The notes under the pieces: model-generated
Seen by the model: the letters and a program-made list of their open reading frames with translations, nothing else
Databases searched by the model: none
Told to the model about the DNA's origin: nothing
Program-made: the position numbers and the translations under genes
In this document: in pieces, positions 1 through 11,924 of the stretch
Layout of the letters: each line of letters starts with the position of its first letter
How positions within the stretch are numbered: position 1 is the first letter of the stretch
DNA from: an uncultured Nitrospinota bacterium
Lineage (GTDB): Bacteria > Tectomicrobia > Entotheonellia > J063 > CAVPRW01
NCBI GenBank assembly: GCA_963707985.1
Contig: CAVPRW010000023.1
Coordinates: 96,001-160,000, forward strand
DNA: 64,000 nt
Direction: 5' to 3'

Positions 1-86
1 GGTGATCGGCAAGCGTGTGCAGATCACGTTGGAAGATGCACAGCCCTAAGCCCTCTATGCCTGCAAATACCCGATAGGGATAGCCT

Positions 87-476
87 ATGGCTGATGAACT
101 GCTTCCGGGGGAGGTCAAAGCCTTTCTGCTGCGGCATATCGATTCGATTGCCCAATTGGAAGCCCTATTGCTTCTGCGGGCCAATGCCGAAATCGTATGG
201 AGCGCGGACACGCTGGCCAAGAGGCTCTACACAACGGCACAAGAAACAGCGGAGATATTGGCACGCTTATGTACGGACGGGTTCCTGGCCGCCCTGAGCA
301 GCCAGCCGCTCCTGTATCAGTACCACTGTACGTCAAGCGAACAGGCACACCTGGTTGACCAGGTTGCCGAGTGCTATACCAAATATCTCATTCCGGTCAC
401 GCATCTCATTCACGCGAAGCCGCGCACGAGGGTGCAAGCGTTTGCCGATGCCTTCAAGTTCAGAAAGGAGGAGTGA
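87..476 (+). CDS. Conserved hypothetical protein, possibly winged-helix, of the type found before DUF5985 pairs
   Basis: 129-aa ORF with motifs IDSIAQLEALLLL and FADAFKFRKE; stop is 1 nt before the next ATG. Confidence 0.65.
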   Translation: MADELLPGEVKAFLLRHIDSIAQLEALLLLRANAEIVWSADTLAKRLYTTAQETAEILARLCTDGFLAALSSQPLLYQYHCTSSEQAHLVDQVAECYTKYLIPVTHLIHAKPRTRVQAFADAFKFRKEE

Positions 477-477
477 G

Positions 478-741
478 ATGGACACAAGCACCGTGATCTA
501 TAGCTTATGTGCCGTGACGGCGCTCCTCTGCGCCTGGTTGTTACTCCAGGCGTATGGGCGGAGCCGGTATCGTTTACTCCTCTGGAGCGGCCTGTGTTTT
601 GCCGGGTTGACGGTCAATAACATGCTGTTGGTGCTTGATAAAGCCGTTTTTCCAGAGGTCGATCTGTCACTCTGGCGACTCGGCATCGCGCTCCTGGCCA
701 TGCTGGTGCTCTTATATGGGTTGATCTGGAATGCGGAGTGA
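478..741 (+). CDS. DUF5985-family small membrane protein
   Basis: ATG 478 after a GGAGGAG RBS; YSLCAVTALLCAWLL...RLLLWSGLCF signature; three hydrophobic segments. Confidence 0.75.
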   Translation: MDTSTVIYSLCAVTALLCAWLLLQAYGRSRYRLLLWSGLCFAGLTVNNMLLVLDKAVFPEVDLSLWRLGIALLAMLVLLYGLIWNAE

Positions 742-750
742 GGTGGGCGC

Positions 751-1059
751 ATGCATACCTTAATCTTGGGTGCTATTGCGATGGCAGCCCTGGTCGCGGC
801 ACTGTTTTTCCTGCGCTTTTGGCGCGACACCCGCGACCGCTTTTTCTTGTTCTTCGCGATTGCCTTCTTTGTCGAGGCCCTCGATCGCGTGGCCTTGGGT
901 TTGATCGCTGGCTCCCAGGAACATGAGCCATTCTTTTATGGGGTACGGCTCGTGACCTACGGGCTAATCATCGCTGCTATCGTGGACAAGAATCGCCCAC
1001 GCGGTGCGCGAGGGGCAGACGCACGTGGACGCTCCCTCACCACGCGGGATACACCGTGA
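751..1059 (+). CDS. DUF5985-family small membrane protein (second paralogue)
   Basis: LFFLRFWRDTRDRFFLFFAIAF and AIVDKN motifs. Confidence 0.75.
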   Translation: MHTLILGAIAMAALVAALFFLRFWRDTRDRFFLFFAIAFFVEALDRVALGLIAGSQEHEPFFYGVRLVTYGLIIAAIVDKNRPRGARGADARGRSLTTRDTP

Positions 1060-1109
1060 CGGAGGCGTAACTCTGCCTGTGCATTGCTCTGTCCGTTCTC
1101 ATGGCTATA

Positions 1110-1580
1110 AAGAGGCTTAGGCTCTCCACAAGACGAGAAACCCCGCAATAGCGGCCACGCCGACCCGCTGAACACGCCGAGCTTCACTTGGTTCTGGAGA
1201 TTGCCTGAGGTAAAGGCCAGCCCGCCGATGAACAGGCTCATGGTGAAACCGATGCCGCATAGCACCGCGACGCCGTATATTCGCGTTTGATTTCCGGCCC
1301 GACCAGCAGAAAGAAAATCGCCATCAGGCCGTCATTAATCCAGTGCAGCAGCGACAGGCTTGCACCGGGCAAGCCGATGTTGGCGGACAGCGCCGCATGG
1401 CACACAGGAGCCGCCGGGGAATTGGCAAGCGCCAAAGTTCTGTTGCAAAAACCCATTTTTGCGGCGAGATCTTCAACATAGCGCCGCGAAAAATTAAGCA
1501 TTTACCGCACACGAAAATGCCGTTTTTGATTTTTTGCAACAGAACTCTCATGCTGCCAAGGAGCACCACGACGCATGGAA
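1110..1580 (-). pseudogene. nhaA: Na+/H+ antiporter NhaA remnant with large internal deletion and MITE insertion
   Basis: N-terminal motifs LALANSP and [23 protein letters not shown] lie directly next to the C-terminal motif [12 protein letters not shown]...VKLGVFSGS; boundaries approximate. Confidence 0.8.
1436..1546. mobile_element. 111-bp MITE
   Basis: Perfect 16-bp terminal inverted repeats AGTTCTGTTGCAAAAA (1436-1451) and TTTTTGCAACAGAACT (1531-1546); AT-rich interior; interrupts the nhaA 5' region. Confidence 0.75.
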
Positions 1581-1656
1581 ATCGAATTTACAAGGCAACC
1601 GCTCTATGTCCCGCGGACATTGGCGAAGCGTCACAAGACGTCTAAAGGTGTCGAGC

Positions 1657-3356
1657 TCAACCGGTTGACCCCTCGGGATCATGCCGAATGTCGGTAGTGG
1701 TCCCGAGGGGCGGTCTGATCGTGGGCCGAGCGTCGCACCCTTGGCGCAGCAGCAGCACGGCTGTGGCGGCCTCGGCCGCGATCACAGCCGTGATCCGGTC
1801 ATCCGCCTCTAAGCGGGTGTCCGCGCTCGGCACGGAGACGCGCAGGCCCCGTTTGAGTGTGACCAGCATGCAGCCGGGCGGGAGCCCCAACTCGCGCACG
1901 CGCTTCCCCGACAAATGCTGAATTTGCCTGAAGACTCAGTTCCAGGATCAACGTTCCATCTAACGCCGGTGTCGTCGGATCACGGCGGACATCCCGCTCC
2001 AGGAGGGCTTCATAAATGGGTAAATCCCCCAGAGCGTCGGCGATCGCGTAGGCCGAAAAGCACGCCACGAACAACGGGAGGATCGGCTCGTAGGTGTTGG
2101 TCATTTCGATGATGAGCACGATGCCGGTGAGGGGTGCGCGCACGATCGCCGCAAAGTAGGCGGCCATGCCTACCACCGCAAAGACCTCAGGATCGAGGAA
2201 GGCCTCGGGCATCACCATGTGGGTGACGTGACTCACGCCCACACCGAGGAGCGCGCCCAGGACCAGCAGCGGGGCGAAGATGCCTCCTGGAGCCCCGCAG
2301 CCGTAGCTGATCATCGTCAGCCCGAACCGGAGCCCAAACCAGAGGGGGATCGCCGACAGGACCACCTGCCCCGCGAACACGGCTTCTAACAGTTCGTGGC
2401 CGCCCCCCACGGCCGCGGGCGCGAACCACCCGATCAGGCCCACTAATGACACCCACCCACGCCCCGGCGAGCCTCACGGGCCATCGACCGAGGCGAGAGA
2501 GCCACCCGCCCAACCGGGCAAAGCCCTCCAGGCAGCCGAGCAGGGTGCGATTAAAGGCGACCCCCAGCACACCCGCGAGCACGCCTAACCCCAGGAACGC
2601 CGGTAACGCCACCAATGACGGGGCGGGGTGCGCGGCCACATGAAAGACCGGCAATTGGTTGGTCAAGGACCGCGTCACGACATCCGCGGTCATGGAAGCC
2701 AGGAATGCCGCGCTAAAGACCATCGGGCTGAAGTCGCGCTGGACTTCTTCCAGGACAAATGCCAAGCCTGCCAACGGGGCATTGAACGCCGCGGCCAATC
2801 CGGCCCCGGCTCCCGCGGCAATCAATGTCTGGCGTTCGCGCGGCGTCACCGTGAGCCATTCCGCCACGGCGGCCCCGACCGCGCCCCCCATCTGCACGGT
2901 GGGGCCTTCCCGCCCGAGTGCCAACCCACTTCCGATCGCGAACACCCCTCCGACGAACTTGACGGGGAGGATGCGTCGCCAGCGGAGCGAGCGCAGCCGG
3001 TACAAGACGGCCTTCAGGTGGGGAATCCCGCTGCCTGCGGTTTCCGGAGCCAGGCTGTTGACCAGGTAGACCGCGAGACCAGCCCCCGCCGCGCCGAAGA
3101 GGGTGGGCAGCAGCCAGCCCCAGGCTGGGTATCGATGCGCCCACGCCACCAACCCGTGTCGGACACTGTCCCCGCCGGCGAGTGCCCACCGGAACGCCAC
3201 CGCCAGTGCCCCCGCCAGCAGTCCTATGAGGATGGCGCGGGGGAAGACCTTTCTCCGCTGCTCTTGCGTCCGGAGAAAATCGCGCTGTTCCGCACGCCAG
3301 TCCTGGCGAGTGACCTGCTCGTCTTCTAGACGTCGATGATATTGGTCAGAAGGCAT
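1657..3356 (-). CDS. clcA: H+/Cl- antiporter ClcA with C-terminal TrkA-C domain; two frameshifts (near 2447 and 1913)
   Basis: GSGIP, GREGP, GGIFAP and IYEALL motifs across three consecutive ORFs; TrkA-C-like tail GKRVRELGLPPGCMLVTLKRG. Confidence 0.85.
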
Positions 3357-3728
3357 GTCTCTCGGCCCGAGCCTTCATCGTTCACACCTGCGTCCGGGGA
3401 AGTCTCTCGTCACGACGCGCCGCGTACATCCCTCCCATGTCCCACCGAGCGCACGGCCTCCGGGGTCCCAGTGCAAGGCAGTCCAGGAATCCATTATAGC
3501 AGCGGCGCATGGACTGCTGCAGCCCACCCTCTTCTTAGGTCTCATCGCCTCTATGGACCCACCCTCGTTGGCAAGAGCTAACTTTTTCATGGCAGGAAGA
3601 ATCCGACTGCATGCCTCTATCGGCCTAGACAGTGGAGAATTCTGTGATCTCCTGGCCTGGTGGGCCATCTCTGGCCCATGGGGCAGCATCGGGCTGGCTC
3701 CGGTCAGGGGCCTGAGAGCCATGGTGCC

Positions 3729-3758
3729 TTGACAGGAGCCGGTGGCCCTTGCTATCGT
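3729..3758 (+). promoter_or_regulatory. Candidate sigma70 promoter for the ECF sigma gene
   Basis: TTGACA (3729-3734), 18-nt spacer ending TGC, TATCGT (3753-3758), about 60 nt before ATG 3817. Confidence 0.45.
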
Positions 3759-3816
3759 CTAGGTAACTGTCGGGCTAGCAGCGATGCCGGTTGCGCCAAC
3801 GAGGGGAGGAAGAACG

Positions 3817-4471
3817 ATGCAAGGCAGCGAGCCAGCATCTCAGGACGCCGCTGCATCAAGGATACGGGGACAGCAGGCAGACCAGGAAGACCTCCGGCTC
3901 ATCGAGCGTGTCAAGGCAGGCGACCACGACGCATTTGACGTCCTTTTCCAGCGTTACTTTGCCACCGTCTCCCGCCAGGCCATCAGGCTGACAGGTCACC
4001 GCGAGGAGGCAGAGGAGGTGGTGCAAGAGGTCTTCCTCACGGTCTATGAAAAGGCTCACACGTTCCGCGGCACGGCGGCGTTTTCGACCTGGTTGTACCG
4101 GGTCACGGCCAACGCCGCCCTGATCAGGCTCCGACGACGCAAGACGGGGAGAGAGCTGTCGACTCGAGGAGTATCTGCCGAGTTTCCGCGACGATGGTCA
4201 TCACCTCGTGCGGCCGGTCGTCGACTGGTCGAATGAACTCGAAGCGCGTGTGGCCAGTGAGGAGCGGCAGCGACTCATTCAGCAGGCGCTTGACCTGCTG
4301 GCTCCGGTGGATAAGGCGGTGGTCGTCTTGAGTGATCTGGAGGGTTTTTCAGACCGTGAAATCGCCTCAACCCTCGGGTTAAGCGTCTCCGCAGTCAAGG
4401 CACGTTTGCATCGGAGCCGCCTGGCCTTGCGCGGAAAATTGGCGGCCTCACTGGGATACTCACCTTCGTAG
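3817..4471 (+). CDS. ECF RNA polymerase sigma factor; +1 frameshift near 4162
   Basis: Region 2 (AEEVVQEVFL, FSTWLYRV) in the first ORF; region 4 (EIASTLGLSVSAVKARLHRSR) in the second. Confidence 0.85.
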
Positions 4472-4484
4472 GGAGTTGATCGTC

Positions 4485-4772
4485 ATGGCTCAACAGCACC
4501 TCACGGCCAATGCATCAAGGGCACGGTTGACCTGTGAACAGGTCACGAAGCTGATTCGAGACTATCTTCAGGGAGACTTGCCTCCTGATATCACCGCGAG
4601 TTTTGAGGAGCATCTCAGTCGTTGCGACGACTGCGTGGCCTTTATCAAAACCTATCAGCAGACCGTGCAGGAGGTCCAATCGCTGAGGTATGAGGACATG
4701 CCCCAGGAGATGCAGGTCCGCGTGCGACAATTTCTTCGCGCCAACATGAAAAACATGCCGCCCAGCCGCTAA
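4485..4772 (+). CDS. zf-HC2 (ZAS) anti-sigma factor
   Basis: HLSRCDDC (HxxxCxxC) motif directly after the ECF sigma gene. Confidence 0.85.
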   Translation: MAQQHLTANASRARLTCEQVTKLIRDYLQGDLPPDITASFEEHLSRCDDCVAFIKTYQQTVQEVQSLRYEDMPQEMQVRVRQFLRANMKNMPPSR

Positions 4773-5075
4773 GCCGCTCCCACATCCCCCTCGACGTGTT
4801 CACATCCCCGCTGGGGCCTCGCGATTGATGTGACCAAAGACGTTGGCCAGGAGCGCCGCTCACAGACGGTATACATCGTCCGGATTCCAACCATCTGAAG
4901 ACGAGACACTCTTCCCTACATCGTTTTCCGCACCGCCGCATCCAAGCATACTGAAGCCCCTTCTGTAGGCTCCTCCGATCAGAGGGCGTCTCCTTGCCCT
5001 GCCCCGATCAGGTGGGCGTAGACATGGGGCATGGCCGAAGATTTTGGGCGACATCGACCATCAGGAGGCCGTTCG

Positions 5076-6424
5076 ATGAGCAGCGACGGAATCACCCGGA
5101 TTCTCATCCTCGGAGGGGGGTTTGGGGGCTTGTACGCAGCGATGGAGTTGGATAAGAGGCTGGCGCGCGATGCCGACGTCGAGATCACCCTGATCAACCG
5201 CGAGAACTTTTTCCTCTTCACCCCAATGCTCCATGAAGTGGCGGCGAGCGATCTGGATCTGACACACATTGTCAACCCCGTCCAGAAGCTGCTCCGACGT
5301 GTGAAGTTCTTTGCCGGGGACGTGGAGGCCATCGATCTACCCGGCAAACGGGTGGTGGTGTCGCATGGCTTCGATCACCATCATCACGACATGCCCTACG
5401 ATCATCTCGTCATCGCCCTGGGCTCGATCACCAATTTCTTCAACCTGCCGGGGTTGCAGGAGCGGGCCCTGACCATGAAAACGCTCGGGGACGCGATCAC
5501 CCTGCGCAATCGCCTGATCGCCCTGTTGCAAGAGGCCAACAGCGAAGGCTGCGCCGCCATCCGTGAACCGCTGCTCACCGTGGTGGTCGCCGGCGGCGGA
5601 TTTGCCGGGGTGGAGACCATCGCGGCGGTGAATGATTTCGTGCGCCACGCCCTCAAGTTCTATCCCAATTGTCAGGAGCAGCATGTGCGGATGGTGCTGG
5701 TGCATCCCGGATCCGTGATCCTCCCAGAATTGGGGGAAAAGCTGGGGTCCTACGCCCAGAAAAAATTGGCCGCGCGCAAGGTCGACATCCGGGTCAATAC
5801 CAGAGTGACCGGCGTTTCCGAGCATGGCATCGAACTCCATGATGGCACGGTCATCACCGGCAATACCCTGGTGTGGACGGCCGGGACCTCTCCCAACCCC
5901 TTGCTGGAGAGCCTGCCATGCCAGAAAGAGCGCGGCCGTCTCCTGGTCAACGAGTATCTGGAAGTACCCGAATGGCCAGGGGTGTGGGCGCTTGGCGATT
6001 GCGCCGTCATTCCCGATCTGCAGACGGGCAAAGCCTACCCCCCGACGGCGCAACACGCGCTTCGGGAGGGCAAGTCCTGGCGCAGAACCTGACGGCGGCG
6101 GTGCGCGGCGGCCAGAGGAAGCCTTTTGTCTTCAAGACCATCGGACAACTGGCCTCTCTCGGTCGACGCACGGGGGTGGCCAACGTCATGGGGATGAATT
6201 TCTCGGGCTTCATCGCCTGGTGGCTGTGGCGCACGATTTACTTGAGCAAGTTGCCACGCTTTGAAAAGAAGTTACGAGTCGCCCTGGATTGGACCTTGGA
6301 CCTGCTGTTCTCCAAGGACCTCGTGCAATTCCTGACTTTCCATGCCCCCACGATTTCGCATGCGGAAGCGAACGAGCAGGCCGCGACGGGGGAGTCGCAC
6401 ACACGTGCGGCGGCCATGCGCTAG
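5076..6424 (+). CDS. ndh: Type II NADH dehydrogenase / NAD(P)/FAD-dependent oxidoreductase; frameshift near 6070
   Basis: GGGFGG and GGGFAGVE dinucleotide motifs, WTAG, ALGDCA, PPTAQHA; C-terminus (WWLWRTIYL) in a second frame. Confidence 0.85.
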
Positions 6425-6911
6425 ACCTGGGCCAGCCGCTGCACACGAGGCATGCTGTCGGTCCTTCCGGGTCCCCCCCCGAACAACCCCTCACCCAGGG
6501 GCTGACAAGGGTAGGTTGTTTCTCTCTCGGGGGGTCTCACAGTGCTCGTTCTCCTTCTTCTAAGGAGAGCGAGCGTGCGGAGCGCTAGTGGCTTTGGACC
6601 TCAATCCCTCACCCTGTCCCTAGAGGTCTCGGGAGAGCGGGTGCGCGATTTCCTCGCAAACAGGATGAGACGGTCTGGAGATGATGGCTGGCCTCGTTCA
6701 GGGCCTGCACAACTGTTCTTCAGCCACCTGATGGCGCGACTATGTTGACTGGCGACAGACGCCGAGCATAGACGCATGATCCTGATGCCGCTGGTGATCG
6801 TCTGGATCCTTTAAACCTGCATCCTTTTCCCGAGTGCTGTATCAAAGACTGGTGAAGGCGAGAGACGAAGTCGCGGAAACCCGCAACTGATGCGTGTTGA
6901 AGGAGATATCC

Positions 6912-8258
6912 ATGTCTCAAGCACAGCATTTTGACGTGATCATCATCGGCACTGGGGCGGGGGGCGGCACGAGGCGCGAAGACTTCGGCGAGATCAAACA
7001 CTATGGCGGGATCTCACCGGCCTGGCCACTCACCTATGCCGATCTGGAACCATACTACACCAAGGCTGAGCAACTCTATCAGGTCCATGGCCGGCGCGGC
7101 GAAGATCCCACTGAGCCGCCAGCCTGCGTCCCCTTTCCGCACCCGCCGGTCAGCCACGAACCGCGCCTCCAGCAATTGAGCGACGACTTCGCCCGACTGG
7201 GTTTGCAGCCCTTTCATACGCCCTTAGGCGTCATGTTGAACGAAGCACAGCCACACCACAGTCGATGCATTCGCTGCGACACCTGCGACGGCTTCCCCTG
7301 CCTGCTGTCGGCCAAGTCGGATGCCCAGGTGTGCTGCGTCGATCCCGCCTTACAGCATCCAAACCTCACACTCCTGACCAACGCCTATGTGTCGCGTCTG
7401 GAAAGCAGTGCGTCCGGTCGCAAAATCTCTCAGGTTCATGTCGAACGCGACGGCAGACATGAAACGTATTCAGCCGACATCGTCGTCGTCTCTTGTGGCG
7501 CCATCAACTCAGCAGCGCTGCTGCTGCGCTCCGCCAGTGAGAAGCATTCACAGGGTCTGGCGAATCGCTCGGGCGTCGTCGGACGACATTACATGGGGCA
7601 CATCAACTCGGTGTTGATGGCCATCTCCAAGTGTCCCAACCCCACGGTGTTTCAAAAATCCCTATCGCTCAACGACTTCTATTTCGGCTGCGAGGACTGG
7701 AAGTACCCCATGGGGCATATCTCCTTCGTCGGCAAGCTCGACGCCGTGACGCTGAAAGCCGGAGCACCAGCGATCGCACCCAAATGGACGCTCGATCTGA
7801 TGGCCACCCATTCGCTGGACTTCTGGTTGACCTCAGAGGACCTCCCGGACCCGCAGAATCGAGTTACGCTCGACCGTGAGGGCCACATCGTTCTGACGTA
7901 CCAGCCTAATAACGAAGAGGGTCACACACGCCTCATCGCCGAGCTGCGCAGCCTGATGCAGCACCAAACCCGGTGCCCCGTCCACGGCCACGAATGTCAT
8001 GAGGGCTTGTTCGCACGCAACCTGTTCGTCGGTCAGCGCATTCCGCTGGCCGGCGTGGCGCACCAAAATGGCACCATCCGCTTCGGACATGATCCCAAGA
8101 CCTCGGCGCTCGATGTCAATTGCAAGGCCCACGACGTCGACAACCTTTACGTCGTCGACGCCAGCTTTTTCCCATCAAGTGGGGCGGTGAATCCGGCTTT
8201 GACCATCATGGCCAATGCCCTGCGTGTGGGAGATCACCTGAGCGAACGACTGGGATAG
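6912..8258 (+). CDS. GMC-family oxidoreductase with an apparent in-frame deletion just after the FAD-binding loop
   Basis: IIGTGAGGGT joined directly to RREDFGE; C-terminal AHQNGT and NPALTIMANALRVGD motifs. Confidence 0.8.
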   Translation: MSQAQHFDVIIIGTGAGGGTRREDFGEIKHYGGISPAWPLTYADLEPYYTKAEQLYQVHGRRGEDPTEPPACVPFPHPPVSHEPRLQQLSDDFARLGLQPFHTPLGVMLNEAQPHHSRCIRCDTCDGFPCLLSAKSDAQVCCVDPALQHPNLTLLTNAYVSRLESSASGRKISQVHVERDGRHETYSADIVVVSCGAINSAALLLRSASEKHSQGLANRSGVVGRHYMGHINSVLMAISKCPNPTVFQKSLSLNDFYFGCEDWKYPMGHISFVGKLDAVTLKAGAPAIAPKWTLDLMATHSLDFWLTSEDLPDPQNRVTLDREGHIVLTYQPNNEEGHTRLIAELRSLMQHQTRCPVHGHECHEGLFARNLFVGQRIPLAGVAHQNGTIRFGHDPKTSALDVNCKAHDVDNLYVVDASFFPSSGAVNPALTIMANALRVGDHLSERLG

Positions 8259-8313
8259 GTGGCCGCTCATGGCCAGGACGCAACGTCTGTCACACGAGAG
8301 AGGAGGAGTACTG

Positions 8314-8823
8314 ATGACCGGCACAATGGAACGACGCCACAACACCACGCCAATGATGGCCCAGACTATGGAGTACGAGGCCACGCTGCAGGCTATTGGT
8401 GCCTATCTGCTGCGCTACGGCCTGGTGTTCGTGATCGCCTGGATCGGTTTCATGAAATTTACCGCCTACGAAGCGGCCGGCATTCAACCGCTGGTGGCCA
8501 ATAGTCCATTGATGGGCTGGGTCTATGGCATCTGGAGCGTGCGTGCCTTCTCGGCGGTGCTGGGAGTTGTCGAGATCGCCATCGCGGCGATGATCGCGCT
8601 GCGGGTCGTGTCGCCGACAGTATGCGCCATCGGCAGTGCCCTGGCGATCGGCATGTTTTTCACCACCTTGACCTTTATCCTCTCGACCCCCGGCTGGGAG
8701 GCAAGCCTGGGCGGTTTTCCGGCCCTATCGGTGGTACCAGGCCAGTTCATTCTGAAAGACATCGTCCTGTTAGGGGCGGCAGTCTGGTCCCTGGGTGAAG
8801 CGCTCCCACACGCACGTGCATGA
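8314..8823 (+). CDS. YkgB/DUF417 (RclC-like) membrane protein
   Basis: WIGFMKFTAYEAAGIQPLVANSP and GQFILKD signatures. Confidence 0.85.
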   Translation: MTGTMERRHNTTPMMAQTMEYEATLQAIGAYLLRYGLVFVIAWIGFMKFTAYEAAGIQPLVANSPLMGWVYGIWSVRAFSAVLGVVEIAIAAMIALRVVSPTVCAIGSALAIGMFFTTLTFILSTPGWEASLGGFPALSVVPGQFILKDIVLLGAAVWSLGEALPHARA

Positions 8824-9062
8824 GGCTCGCGATCATGCGGACACGGGGAACGGTGATTCGGTTGAGTGGCGTGGTCCTGTGCTGCTGGCTGTCACTGGCA
8901 TCGGCGCAGGAGTCGCAAACATCGCTCGTCGACAGGATGGAAGCTGTGGGGATGACGGTGGCGGACATGGAACGTTCGATGGCGTTCTACACCAACGTCC
9001 TGGCCTTCGAGTATGATGCGCACGGCCCCAGCGGCCGAGGCGCAGTGAAGGAGAGGCCGTGA
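8820..9062 (+). pseudogene. Truncated VOC/glyoxalase-family protein with signal peptide
   Basis: AVGMTVADMERSMAFYTNVLAFE is the first VOC strand-helix; the rest of the domain is absent. Confidence 0.6.
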
Positions 9063-11711
9063 CGCACGAAGAACGTCGACTCGAAGAATCCCAGCAACGG
9101 ACAGGCCACTGGAAGCGCTGGGGGCACTATCTGAGCGAGCGCGCCTGGGGGACGGTGCGGGAGGATTACAGCCCCGATGGCCATGCCTGGGACGACTTTC
9201 CCCATGACCATGCCCGTTCCAAAGCCGATCGCTGGGGTGAAGACGGCATCGGCGGCGTCTGCGATCGGCATCAATTCATCTGCTTCGCGCTCGCCCTTTG
9301 GAATGGCTGCGACCCCATCATCAAGGAACGGCTGTTCGGGTTGACCGGCAACGAAGGGAATCACGGCGAAGACGTCAAAGAGTATTACTTCTACCTCGAT
9401 TCCACCCCCACGCACTCCTACATGAAATTTCTCTATAAGTACCCGCAGAGGGCGTTTCCGTATGCCGCGCTGGTCGAGGAGAATCGGCACCGGGGGCGAG
9501 AGGCGCCGGAATATGAGCTCCTCGACACCGGCGTGTTCGATGACGACTGCTACTTCGACGTCTTTGTGGAGTACGCCAAGGGAACCCCCGAGGATATCCT
9601 CATCCGCATGCAGGTCATCAACTGCGGCCCGGAGACGGCCGCGTTGCACCTACTCCCGACGCTCTGGTTCCGCAACACCTGGTCGTGGGGCTACGATGTC
9701 CGCCGTCCCCAGTTACGGGCAGGGGAGAGCGTCAAAGGCGTCAAAGCCATCGCCCTCTCACACGACCACTATGGTGAGCGCATCCTCTATTGCGAGGGGC
9801 AACCGGAGTTGCTGTTCACCGAGAATGACACCAACCATCAGCGGCTCTACGGTGTCGAAAATCGTACGCCCTATGTCAAAGATGGCATCAACAACTACAT
9901 CGTGCACGGCGCCAGGGAGGCGGTGAACCCCGAACAGACCGGCACCAAAGCTGCGGCGCATTACGCCCTGTCACTCGGGCCGGGTGAAGCCGCAACGGTG
10001 CGTTTGCGCTTCACCGAACCTGGCCTGGTCTCCCCGCGCCGCCATCCGTTTGGCGTCGGCTTTGACCAGCTCTTCGCCACTCGCCACCGCGAAGCCGACG
10101 ACTTTTATGCCACGGTCATTCCCCAGGACCTGTCAGCCGATGCGCAACGCGTCATGCGCCAGGCCTTTGCCGGGCTCTTATGGTCCAAGCAGTTTTATCA
10201 CTACGTCGTCGAGCCCTGGCTGCGTGGCGACCCGGCAGGTCCTCCACCGCCAAGCCAGCGCTGGGATGGTCGCAACCAGGCCTGGCGGCATCTCTATAAC
10301 GATCGATGTCATCTCCATGCCCGACAAATGGGAATACCCGTGGTATGCCGCCTGGGACCTGGCTTTCCATTGCATTCCGCTGGCCCTGGTCGATGCCGAA
10401 TTCGCCAAGCAGCAGTTGGCGCTCATGTTACGCGAATGGTACATGCACCCCAATGGCCAACTCCCAGCCTACGAATGGGCCTTTGACGACGTCAATCCAC
10501 CGGTCCACGCCTGGGCCGCCTGGCGGGTGTACAAGATTGAGCAGAAGCGGCGCGGCGTCGGCGATCGTGTCTTCCTGGAAAGCGTCTTTCACAAGCTGCT
10601 GTTGAACTTCACCTGGTGGGTGAATCGCAAGGACGCGGAAGGCAAAAACATCTTCCAGGGGGGCTTTCTCGGACTGGATAACATCGGCGTCTTCGACCGC
10701 AGCGCCCCGTTGCCCACCGGCGGACACATCGAGCAATCCGATGGCACGGCCTGGATGGGGATGTACTGTCTGAATATGCTGGCCATCGCCCTGGAGCTGG
10801 CCCGCGACAACCCGGCCTATGAGAACGTCGCCTCGAAGTTCTTCGAGCACTTTGTGTACATTGCGCATGCCATGGACCACCGTGGCGACGAAGGGCTTGA
10901 GTTATGGGATGAAGAAGACGGCTTTTTCTACGACGTCCTGCACCTGACCAACGGCGATCACGTCAAGGTGCGGCTGCGCTCCATGGTGGGCCTCATCCCG
11001 CTGTTCGCGGTCGAGACCTTGGAACCCGATATCGTCGATCGACTGCCGGGCTTCAAGCGCCGCCTGCAGTGGTTTGTCGACAATCGACCGGATTTCCGCG
11101 AACACGTCGAGATGATCGGGACCCCCGGCGGCGGCATGCGGCGGCTGCTGTCCATCGTCAATCGCGAGCAACTGCCGCGTGTCCTGCGCTTCATGCTGGA
11201 TGAGGACGAGTTTCTCTCGCCGTATGGCATTCGCGCCCTCTCCCAGCGCCACCGCGAGCAGCCATACATGCTGGCGCTCAACGGCATGCACTATCAGGTG
11301 GACTACGAACCGGCCGAGTCGAGCACCGGCCTGTTCGGCGGAAACTCCAATTGGCGCGGGCCGGTCTGGTTTCCGGTGAACTACCTGCTCATCGAAGCGC
11401 TGCAGAAGTTCCATTACTTCTTCGGCGACGACCTGAAGGTGGAATGTCCCACCGGCTCGGGCCAGGTGATGAACCTGTGGGAGACGGCCGCTGAGCTGTC
11501 GCGGCGGCTGACGCGTATCTTCCTGCGCAATGTCGAGGGCACGCGGCCAGTGTTCGGTGGTGCCGAGAAATTTCAGCACGATCCGCAGTGGCACGACTAC
11601 GTGCCCTTCTATGAATACTTCCATGGTGATAATGGCGCGGGCCTCGGCGCCAGCCATCAGACCGGCTGGACGGGGCTGGTCGCCAAGTTGCTGCAGCAGA
11701 GCGGTGCATGA
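9059..11711 (+). CDS. GH63-like glucosidase (mannosylglycerate hydrolase type); frameshift near 10300
   Basis: [36 protein letters not shown] and [10 protein letters not shown] motifs. Confidence 0.9.
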
Positions 11712-11924
11712 CCAGGAGAAGCGGATAATGCCAGCAGGTAGCTGGAGCGATTGGGGAAAACTCGAGTCGTGTCCTCAGCTCGCTGGCTCGCCATGGCATT
11801 CAGGAGCGCTGGGCTGACCTCGCCATGGCCGCACTCGTCTGACGTCTCTAGTGTAGAAGGGTGATGTCACTCATCTGGCGGCGGCTGACCCCGCCCTGAC
11901 AGTTTACCCAAGGAGGTTAACATC

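Noticed and set aside
3357..3720. Fluoride riboswitch or CLC-F assignment for the CLC gene
   Set aside because: The protein has the GSGIP and GREGP motifs of chloride-type CLCs, and no crcB-motif RNA was recognised.
6470..6640. Long hairpin and CCCTCACCC...GGGAGAG repeat-like sequence after ndh
   Set aside because: The pairing is imperfect, there is no U-tract and only one copy is in the window, so it cannot be classified.
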